From: an uncultured Nitrospinota bacterium
Lineage (GTDB): Bacteria; Tectomicrobia; Entotheonellia; J063; CAVPRW01
DNA: 64,000 bases
Direction: 5' to 3'
Assembly (NCBI GenBank): GCA_963707985.1
Contig: CAVPRW010000018.1
Location: 128,001-192,000, forward strand
In this document: piece after piece, positions 53,607 to 64,000 of the stretch
Numbering within the stretch: position 1 is the first letter of the stretch
Layout of the letters: the number at the start of each line of letters is the position of its first letter
Notes under the pieces: generated by a model
Seen by the model: the letters and a program-made list of their open reading frames with translations, nothing else
Told to the model about the DNA's origin: nothing
The model's database searches: none
Position numbers and translations under genes: made by a program

Positions 53607-56600
53607 ATGTCTCATGTCGAACCTGTGCCCCACACCCTAAACGCCCCTCAGCACTTGTGTATCTCACATTTGCTGCATAATCAAGCGACGCGCATCCCGG
53701 ATGCGCCGGCGATCCTTGCCCCAGGACGTATGCCGCTGACATACTGGCGTTTACACAGGCAGGTGGACGATATTGTTGAGATGTTGCATTCTCTCGGACT
53801 CGGTCGCAACGACCGGGTTGCTCTCGTATTACCCAATGGTCCAGAGATGGCTGTCGCCTTTCTTGCCGTAGCGGCTGGGACGACTTGCGCCCCCCTTAAT
53901 CCGGACTATAGCGCCGACGAGTTTGACTTCTATTTGACTGAGTTACGACCGCAAGCATTGGTGATCCAGGTAGAGATGGACTCGCCTGCTCGCACCGTCG
54001 CACACGCCCATGGTGTGCCTGTTATCGAGGTCTCCCCCACGCGTGAGGCCGAGGCAGGAATCTTCACGGTGGCAGGCAGAGAGCAGCGACGTCATACGCT
54101 GCATAGGTTTGCCACCCCCGATGATGTCGCACTCCTCATCGCTACCGGAGGAACGACATCACGATCGAAAATTGTGCCGTTGACTCATGCTAATATCTGT
54201 ACCGCAGCACATAACATGCGTATTGCATTGGCCCTGGTCGAGCGGGACCGATGCCTGAACGTGCTACCTCTGTTTCATACGCACGCACTCCTCACGACGT
54301 TCATGGTCTCCCTGGTAGCCGGCGCCAGTATTGTGTGTGCCCCTGGCTTTGATGTCCACACCTTCTTTACCTGGCTGGACGAGTTTCGTCCAAGCTGGTA
54401 CACCGCAGTACCTGCCATCCATCAAGCGATCCTGGCCCAGGCGGCTCCGCACAACAATCTCATTACACGGTGCTCCCTACGATTCATCCGCTCAGCCTCT
54501 GCGGTGCTGCCGCTGCCAGTGCATGCGGAGCTAGCCAGGGTGTTCAAGACACAGGTGATCGAGACGTACGGAATGACAGAGGCCTCCGGTCATGTCACTT
54601 GTAATCCACCACCACGACAGCAGTGGAAGATCGGCTCGGTAGGGATTGCAGTGGGTCCGGAAGTGGCCATTATGGACGAACATGGCACCCTGCTGCCCCT
54701 AGGGCACACCGGCGAAATCGTGGTGCGAGGGGCGACCGTCATGCACGGTTACTTGAACGATCCCACGGCCAACCAACATGCTTTCGCCCATGGCTGGTTC
54801 CGATCGGGTGACCAAGGGTATCTCGACGGTGACGGCTATCTGTTTATCACCGGACGCCTTAAGGACCTCATTAATCGGGGTGGGGAAAAAATCGCGCCGC
54901 AGGAAGTCGAAGCCATCCTCATGGATCACCCTGCAGTAGCCCAAGCAGTTGTCTTTGCAGCGCCCCACACCCGACTGGACGAAGATATCGCTGCGGCTGT
55001 TGTGCTGCACCAGCATGCTGTGGCTACGGCACAAGACATACGACTGTTCGCCGCCAGGCGACTGACTGACTCGAAGGTCCCACGCCAGGTACACATTGTG
55101 GCAGAACTCCCGAGCACCCCGACTGGCAAGCTGCAGCGCCTTGGTTTGGCTGAGAAGCTTGGCCTAACGGTCTCCGGCCCGGAACCGATTATGAGACGCG
55201 TGGGATACACGGTCCCCAATACGCCAATGGAAGAGGTGCTGTCAAGGCTTTGGGCCGAGGTGTTCGGTCTCACAAGGGTGGGGGTTAATGACGACTTCTT
55301 CCTGTTGGGGGGAGATTCGCTGCTGGCTATGCAACTCATCTCCCGCGTGCGTGGAATCTGGCATGTTGAGTTATCCTTCCGCAGCTTTTTTGAGATGCCG
55401 ACGGTGGCAGAGATGGCCAGGAAGATCGAGACAGCACCTCAGGCTCCATCGCCCGCAGTGGTTCCGCCCCTGAAGACGGTGGCTAGAGACAGAGTGTGTC
55501 CCCTGTCCTCTGCCCAACGGCGCCTGTGGTTCCTTGAGCAATTGGAGCCCAGTCGTGCGGTCTATAACCTGCCCCTCGCCTGGCGCTTGGGCGGCGACCT
55601 TAATGTGGCGGCCCTAGAACAAAGCCTGGGTGAGATGGTGCGGCGCCACGAAATCCTCCGCACCACTTTTGCATCGGTGGATGGACAACCCGTGCAGGTG
55701 ATCGCGTCAAACCAGGTATTGCCTTGGTCTGCGCTGGACCTTCAGACCCACCCAGCAGGCGAACGCGAGGCGGCAGTCCAGCGCCTGGCGACAGAGGAAG
55801 CACGGCGTCCGTTTGACCTGGTTCACGGGCCTTTGATGCGCGTCACCTTGCTGCGCCTGAGCGATGAAGATCACGTGCTGCTATTGACGCTGCACCACAT
55901 CATCTTCGACGGTTGGTCCGCTGAGGTCTTCTGGCGCGAATTGGCAACTCTCTATACCGCCATCTGCGCCGGGCAACCCCTATCGCTTCCTGCCCTTCCC
56001 CTCCAGTACGCCGATTTTGCGGTCTGGCAAGCCCAGTGGCTGCAGGGTGAAGTATTGGAGGCTGAGCTCGCTTACTGGAAACAACGCTTGGGCGATAATT
56101 TCCCTCATCTGGAGTTACCCACTGACCGGCCACGGCCACTCATCCAAACCTTCCAGGGAGGGCGGCAATCCCTTGCACTGCCTGTATCCCTGACCGCCGC
56201 TCTCAAGGCCCTGAGCCAGCGGGAAGAGGCCACGCTGTTCATGACGCTGGTCGCGGCTTTCCAGACGTTGCTTTACCACTACACTGGGCAAAACGACCTG
56301 GTTGTGGGCACGCCTGTTGCGGGTCGCATACGTGTCGAGACCGAGGGCCTGCTGGGATTCTTTGTCAACACCCTGGTTCTGCGCACAGATCTCGGTGGCA
56401 ATCCGCGTTTTTGCGAGCTGGTCAGGCGGGTTCGTGAGGTCACGTTAGGGGCGTACGAACATCAGGACCTGCCTTTTGAGAAATTGGTGGAGGCCCTGCA
56501 ACCGGTACGCGACTTGAGCCGCAATCCGCTCGTCCAGGTGGTAGTCGCCCTCGAAGCGCCTCAGCAAAGGGTTGAGGCGCTTCGAGGACTGACTGTGCAC

Positions 56601-59600
56601 CGAGTCACTATCGACCCTGGCACGGCCAAGTTTGACCTGGCTATGGTCGTCCGGGACACCGATCAGGGACTGCTGGCAACGGCTGAATATAACACCGACC
56701 TTTTTGACCAGACCACGATCACCCGCATGTTAGGCCATTTCCAAATCCTACTGGAGCGCATTATTGCCAACCCGGAACAGCGCCTCGCCGATTTACCGCT
56801 GCTAACCTCGGCCGAAAGACAGCAGCTCATGGCAATGTGGAACACCACTCTTATGGATTACCTGCAGGATACCTGTCTCCATACGCTGTTTGAGGCGCAG
56901 GCGGAGCGGACTCCTGAGGCTATAGCTGTGGTCTGCGATGGGTGGCAGTTGACTTATCGGGTGCTGAATCAGCGGGCCAACCAGCTGGCCCATCACCTAC
57001 GAACTTTGGGGGTGGGGCCGGAGGTAGGCGTTGGCCTCTGTATGGAGCGCTCGCTGGAGATGGTGATAGGGTTGCTGGGGATTCTCAAGGCTGGAGGGGC
57101 CTATGTGCCCTTAGATCCGAATTACCCCATCGAGCGCCTTGCTACCATGATGGTGGACGCCCAAGTGGTCATGCTAGTATCACAGCAGCAGTGCATGGCC
57201 GCGCTGTCTGCCCTGGGAGTACAGATCGTCTGCTTGGATATGGATTGGGGGCGGATTGCACAACGGAGCACAGCAAATCCCGTTAATGGGGTAACGCCCA
57301 CGAGCCTAGCGTATGTGATGTATACCTCGGGATCGACTGGGGCACCTAAAGGGGTGATGGTCGAACATCGCCAAGTGCTGGCCTTCTTGCACGGTTTTGA
57401 GTACATCGCTCCCGGTGGGGAGGGATGTATTGGCACGGCGGTCTGCCCATTAGGCTTCGATGTCTCAGTATGGGAATGCTTCTCGATGCTATGCTTTGGA
57501 GGCACACTGCACATTGTACCGCCGGAAATCCTGACTGATGCCGAGCGCTTTGCGCATTACGTGGTGGACCATCGCGTCAGCAGTGCTTATCTCCCCCCTA
57601 CGCTATTGCCCGACATCGCTAAAGACCTTGAGCAGCATGATCAAATGGTGCTCAATCGCCTCCTTGTAGGAGTTGAGCCCATCCCACAAGGTATGTTGCA
57701 ACGTTTTCGCGACCTTTCCGAGCAGATGCAAATTGTAAACGGGTATGGCCCCACCGAAACGACTGTCTGTGCCACGCTATTTCCCTTCTGCTCGGCAATA
57801 GAGTCAGACCGCCGGACACCAATTGGTACCAAGGTCCGTGGCTATGAAGTGTACCTCGTCGATGCTAGTATGCAACCCATCCCCATAGGGATTCCCGGTG
57901 AACTCCTCATTGGCGGAGCTGGGCTCGCACGGGGGTATATCAACCATCCCGAACTCACCGCTGAGCACTTTATGCCCCATCCCTTCAGCAATGTCCCAGA
58001 TACACGCCTCTACAAAACCGGCGATTGGGCCCGCTATCTGCCGGATGGCAATTTAGAGTTTTTAGGTCGTCGCGATCAGCAAGTGAAGATTCACGGCCAC
58101 CGTATTGAGTTAGAGGAAATCGAATTGGCGTTGAGGCAACACCCAGCAGTGCAGGACACAGTGGTCTTAGCCCGGGAGGACACGCGTCCCAGCGACAAGC
58201 GCCTAGCGGCCTATCTCGTTGTCAACCAGAAACCAGCTCCTACCCCACGAACCTTGCGCATCTTCTTGCAGCAGAAGCTGCCTGCCTACATGGTACCCTC
58301 TACCTTTGTGGTACTTGAGGCGTTCCCCCGGACTCTCAATGGCAAGCTCAATCGGCAGGCACTACCCATACCTGATACGACGCCATCGCTAATCCCAGCG
58401 ACATTTGTCGCTCCACGCACGCCAGTGGAACGCACGCTTGCCAGCATCTGGGCTGCTGTACTGGGGCTGGAACGAGTTGGCGTGTACGACAACTTCTTCG
58501 AGCTCGGTGGTGATTCGATCGTGGGCATTCAGGTCGTTGCCAAGGGAAACCGTGCAGGGCTTCGGCTCATCCCTAAAGACCTATTTCAGTACCAGACGGT
58601 TGCCGAATTGGCGGCGGTCGCAGGTTCGCTCCCAGCCATCCAGGCGGAACCTAGTCCGAGTACCAGTCTAGTCACCGCTACGCCAGGTCAGCGTGGGTTC
58701 TTCGCACAAGAGTGGCCTGAGGGGAGTGCAGAGAGCATTGAGGCGGTCTATCCCCTCTCGCCTATGCAACAGGGCATACTCTTTCACACGTTGTACGCCT
58801 TGGAGCCAGGAATGTATAGTGCGCAGTGGAGCTGCACCTTGCATGGCGATCTGAACGTTTCGGCCTTCAAGCGAGCCTGGCAGCGCGTCGTGGATCGGCA
58901 CGCTGTCTTGCGTACTGCTTTCTATTGGGAGGCCCAGAATGAGCCGTTTCAGGTCGTGTATCGGCAGGTAGAACTCCCCTGGAGGCAGCACGACTGGCGG
59001 AGCCTGTCCATGGTCGAGCAGGAATGGCAGCTTGAGGCTTTCCTGGGAGGAGATCGGGGGCAAGGCTTTGAGATTTCCACAGCCCCATTGATGCGTCTAG
59101 CCCTAATCCAATTGACCGAGAACACCTATCAATGTGTCTGGTCCCTACATCACTTGCTGTTGGATGGGTGGTCTCTGCCCCTATTGCTGCGAGAAGTCTT
59201 GGGGTTTTATGAGGCTTTCCGCCTGGGTCAGGAGCTGCACCTGGACGTGAGCCGCCCATATCAGGACTACATCGCCTGGCTGCAGCAGCAGGATTTATCT
59301 CAGGCTGAGCAATTCTGGCGGCAGACGCTCAAGGGCTTTAGCGCACCGACGGCTCTGAATGTTAGGCAAGATCAAAACAGCTCCTCCGGCGAGGGAGCCA
59401 GCTACGCCGAGCAGCAGATACGACTGTCAGTAGATGCAACGGCTGCGCTGCAGGCGCTGGCACAACAACACCATCTGAGCCTGAACACGCTCATGCAGGG
59501 CGCATGGGCTATGCTCCTGAGCCGCTACAGTGGCCAGCAAGACGTGGTGTTCGGGGCCACCGTTGCCAGTCGGCCAACGGACTTGGGAGGGATCGAGTCT

Positions 59601-62600
59601 ATGATCGGGCTCTGTATCAATACCCTCCCAGTCCGGGTGCGGATCAGTCCAGAGGCATTGCTTCTCCCCTGGTTACAGGAACTCCAAAGCCAACAAGTGG
59701 AGACGCGCCAATATATGCATACTCCCCTCGTGCAGGTACAAGGATGGAGTGACGTGCCGCCAGGGCTGCCCCTGTTTGAGAGTCTCCTGGTCTTTCAGAA
59801 CAATCCGGCGCGTACCTCTGTACAGGAAGGGAGCGCTATCCTGGAAATCCGCCATGGGCGTTTTGTTTCAAGCACGCACTATCCGCTTACCGTGGTGGCG
59901 CTACCGGGGCCGGAATTGGGGTTACGGATTGGTTACCAGCGCCATCGCTTCGATACCGCCAGTATTGCTCAGATGCTCGGACATCTGCGGACACTGCTGG
60001 AAGGTATGATTGCTAATCCGGCACGGCGACTCGCCGACCTGCCGGTGTTAACTGCGGCAGAGCGCCATCAACAGCTGGTGGAGTGGAATGACACCTCTTC
60101 GGCGTATCCCCAGGACACCTGTATCCCGCAGTGGTTTGAGGCCCAGGTGACACACACGCCGGATGCTGTGGCTGTGGTGTTTGAAGATCAGACATTGACA
60201 TACCAAGAGCTCAATATCCGAGCCAATCAGTTGGCGCACCACCTGCAAGCCTTAGGAGTTGGACCAGAGGTACTGGTGGGCCTCTATGTTGAGCGCTCCT
60301 TAGAGATGGTGGTGGGACTCCTTGGCATCATCAAAGCGGGAGGAGCCTATGTTCCCCTCGACCCGGCTTATCCTCAGGAGCGCCTAACTTTCATCCTGAG
60401 GGATGCGCAGATACCAGTGTTGCTATCTCAACAGCGGTTGATCGCAGGGCTCGTCGTGCATCAGACGCACGTTGTGTGCCTGGACACAGACTGGAAATTC
60501 ATTGCCCAGGAAAGCAGAACAAATCCCATCAATAAGGCGAGCCCCGACAATCTGATCTATGTCATTTATACCTCGGGATCCACGGGGATACCCAAGGGAG
60601 TTGCTGTCGGGCACCGGCAACTCTGCAACTATCTGCATGGTGTCTTGAAGCATCCGGGACTGCCGAACTCCGTCAGCTTCGCAACGGTCTCCACTCTTGC
60701 TGCAGATTTGGGCAATACCACGGTCTATGTCTCCTTGTGTACCGGTGGGTGCCTCCATATACTCTCCCAGGAACAAGTGGTTGACCCCTACGCCCTAGCT
60801 GATTACTTGAGACGCCATTCCATCGATTGTCTCAAGATCGTTCCCTCTCACCTCGCAGCTCTGCAAACCTCTCCGCACCCAGAGCGAGTATTACCGCGTC
60901 GACTACTGATCCTGGGCGGTGAAGCTTCCCATTCAGACTGGGTAGAAAGTCTGCGAAAGCTGGCTCCCGACTGCACCATCCTCAATCACTACGGCCCAAC
61001 GGAAGCGACCGTGGGAGTCCTAACCTATCGGGTGGATGAAGACCGACACCTGCCTGGGAGGTCGACGCTCCCCCTCGGCCGTCCTTTAGCCAACGTGCAG
61101 ATCTATCTGTTGGATCAGCACCTGCAACCTGTGCCCGTTGGCGTGCAGAGTGAGTTGTACATCGGCGGTGCCAGTCTCGCGCGGGGTTACCTCAATCGGC
61201 CTGAGCTGACCGCCGAGAACTTCGTTCCCCATCCATTCAGCAAGCAGCCGGGCACGCGGCTCTACAAGACTGGGGACATGGCCCGTTACCTGCCGGACGG
61301 CAACTTGGAGTTCCTTGGGCGCATTGACCACCAAGTCAAGATCCGTGGCTACCGGATCGAACTGGGGGAGATCGAGGCAATATTGGAAAACCATCCAGCC
61401 ATATCGGCAGGCTGTCGTCCTGGCACGGGAGGACCCTCCCGGTGATAAACGCCTAGTGGTGTACTGCGTCCCACACGACGGGTTTATCCCTGATAGCCGC
61501 GAGCTGCGTAGTTTCCTCGAAACAACACTGCCCCACTACATGGTGCCGGCAGCTTTTGTAGTGCTCGACACCTTGCCTCTGACACCGAATGGTAAAATAG
61601 ACCGCCAGGCGCTTCCAGCGCCTGACCCGATACGGCCGCAGCTAGGCGAGGACTTTGTTGCCCCTCGCACCCCCACAGAAGATCTCTTGGCAGGTATCTG
61701 GGCGCATGTACTTGGGGTTGAAGCCGTCGGCATACACGACAATTTCTTCGCCCTAGGAGGTCACTCCCTATTAGCCATGCGGGTGATATCGCGCCTTCGT
61801 CAAGTGTTCCAGGGGGATGTGTCACTGCGGGCACTGTTTGATGCGCCGACGGTGGCAAGCCTAGCACGACGTGTTGAAGAGGTCCGCCAGGCAGGGCAGA
61901 GTACGCCCGCCCTTCCCCTGCATGCCGTGACACGGGAGGGGCTGGTACCACTCACCATGATCCAGGAACATCTCTGGGCGCTCGACCAGCTGCTACCTGG
62001 TGCCCCCTTCTCAAACATGCCGTATGCGGCGCGACTGACGGGGTCCCTCAACGTGACCGCTTTGGAGCAAAGCTTCAACGCTATAATCCAACGCCACGAA
62101 ACGCTGCGCACCACTTTTACGACCGTCGCAGAAAAACCGGTACAGGTGATCGCTCCAACCTTGCACCTACCCCTCGAAATGGACGACCTCCGCGCCCTGC
62201 CCGAGGCCGCTAGGGAAGCCGCAGCGCGCCAACTGATCCGAGCAGAAGTGCTATACCCGTTCGACCTGGAAAAGGGCCCCCTACTCCAGGCGCGTCTGCT
62301 ACGACTCGGAGAGGAGGCGCATATCCTCCTCCTGACCATGCATCACATCATCAGTGATGGCTGGTCGTGGGGTGTGCTCCTCCATGAATTAGCGGTGCTC
62401 TATGAGGCCTTTAGCCGGGGCCAGCCGTCGCCGCTGCCAGAGTTACCCATGCAGTATGCGCATTATGCCCACTGGCAGCGCCAGTGGTTGCACAGCGAGC
62501 CAGGGAAAGCCCAGCTCGCCTATTGGATGCAGCAATTGCATGCCCCCTTACCCGTACTCAACCTGCCTACGAACCGCCCACGCACGGCAGCATTGAGCTT

Positions 62601-63213
62601 ACATACAGCCCGCCAACCCTTCCAGATCCCAAAAGAGCTCACGGTTGCCCTCACCCGTCTGAGTCAGCAAGAAAGCGCCACTGTATTTATGACCTTGGTT
62701 GCTGCCCTAAAGACACTGTTATTTAGCTACACAGGGCAGGAAGACATCCGTGTGGGTACTCTCGTGGCCAACCGGCAGCACCAGGACACCGAGGGGCTGA
62801 TTGGCCTGTTTGCCAATCTGGCCATCCTGCGCACAACGCTTGGCGGGAATCCCTCCTTGCGCCAGGTGCTCCAGCGTGTGCGCACCACAACGCTAGACGC
62901 CTATGCCCATCAGGACATGCCCTTCGAGTATCTCGCACGCGCGTTAGTACACGAACGTCAGTGTGATCGTCAGTCACTCTTTCAAGTGATGTTCGCTCTG
63001 CAGAATGCTCGTCAGCACACGCTGGTACTGCCAGCCTTAGCCATCGAAGTGCTGGAGACACAACCCGTGGAGGCCAGCACCTGTGAGCTGGCCGTGTCAA
63101 TCCGTGAAACCCCACAAGGACTGGAGGGGGTATGCATCTATCAAACAGCGCGATTCGACGCGCCTACCATCACCCGACTGCTCGAGGATTACCAGCAGGT
63201 ACTTGAGTGCCTT
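53607..63213 (+). CDS. Non-ribosomal peptide synthetase A-T-C-A-T-C-A-T-C, with a frameshift near 61400 and truncation by IS3
   Basis: T motifs GGDSL, GGDSI and GGHSL. C motifs HHIIFDG, HHLLLDG and HHIISDG. A motifs YTSGSTG.PKG, YGPTE and YKTGD. The first A domain is acyl-CoA-ligase-like. No TE seen. Confidence 0.93.
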
Positions 63214-64000
63214 TGTGATGGTCAAGTAAAAACGGACACTGAGTTAAGCTACTCTGGCCAACCGTTCGAAATCATTCGGACTGACATACCCCAAATACGA
63301 ATGTAACCGATTGCTGTTGTAGAACATCTCGATGTAGTCAATCACATCATCCCACGCCTCCTGGCGGGTGGCATAGTGACGGAGCGACGTGCGCTCACCC
63401 TTGAGACTGCCAAAGAACCGCTCGGCCACGGCATTGTCCAGGCAATCGCCCTTGCGACTCATACTACAGCGCATGCCGGACGCCGCCAGCAAGGCTTGAT
63501 AGGTTCCACACGCATATTGACTCCCGCGATCCGAATGATGGATCATCCCGGCGGCGGGCTGGCGACGCCCCAACGCCATCTCTAAGGCTGCCTGCACGAG
63601 GGCGGCATCCACGTGCTGACTCATCGCCCAGCCCACGACTTTGCGGGAATACAAATCCAGCAGCACGCCAAGGTACAACCACCCCTCGGCTGTCCGACAT
63701 ATAGGTCCATATCTCCGACCCACACCTGATTGGGCTTCTCCACCGCGAATTGGCGTGCCACGAGATTGGGGGCCACCGGATAGCCATGCCGACTATCGGT
63801 CGTGACAGGATGACGCTGCTTGCGACGCTGGACCGTGACCTTGGCCTGCCGCATCAACCGCCGCGCTTTATAGCGGCCCACGGCAATACCATCGGCCTGG
63901 AGTTGCTTCGCCATGCGGCGGCTCCCATAGGTGTGCCGTGTCTCCACGGCGATAGCCTGCACCCGAGTCAAGAGGGCCGACCTCTTCAGCCCCTCCATCA
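63214..64000 (-). mobile_element. IS3-family element (right end plus orfB DDE transposase; continues beyond the window)
   Basis: YGSRRM, PNQVWVGD, HHSDRGSQY, DNAVAERFFGSLK and HS.LGY.SP in 63244-63998, with a frameshift near 63712. The terminal TG starts at 63214 (TGTGATGGTCAAGTAAAAACGGACACT). Confidence 0.9.

Noticed and set aside
63700..63725. Programmed IS3 -1 frameshift
   Set aside because: The break falls inside the orfB catalytic motif (WVGDxTY), not at the orfA/orfB junction. It is an indel or error.

Overview
A GC-rich (about 60% by eye) bacterial window with many single-base frameshifts, probably partly assembly errors, in four zones. (1) 1-14.9 kb: metabolic genes and debris, including a GH63 glucosidase, a deletion-fused phosphoketolase/acetate kinase remnant, an Ldh_2 oxidoreductase, a sulfotransferase, an amidohydrolase and an S8 subtilase. 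(2) 15-28 kb: an integron-like cassette array with no integrase in the window. It has two copies of a ~380-bp attI-like leader, several attC-like sites and defence-like cargo (two TIR-TPR proteins, a double nucleoside-deoxyribosyltransferase-like protein, a GH19-LysM protein). An intact IS110 sits in the first attC at a CT core. Its left end shows a readable bridge-RNA structure whose loops match both the attC target and the element's own circle junction. (3) 28-36 kb: malQ, an SDR, an amidase, a VOC protein and a prolyl oligopeptidase. (4) 36-64 kb: a tandemly duplicated three-gene module (STAND ATPase-TPR-class III cyclase, a small unnamed WWPxxQP protein, and a convergent DyP peroxidase). 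A third unit with the same promoter and leader precedes a wHTH/cyclase-AAA regulator and an NRPS (A-T-C-A-T-C-A-T-C) that has an oxalate-CoA-ligase-like starter, has lost an epimerase domain and is cut by an IS3 element. All calls come from reading motifs by eye; no database searches were run.
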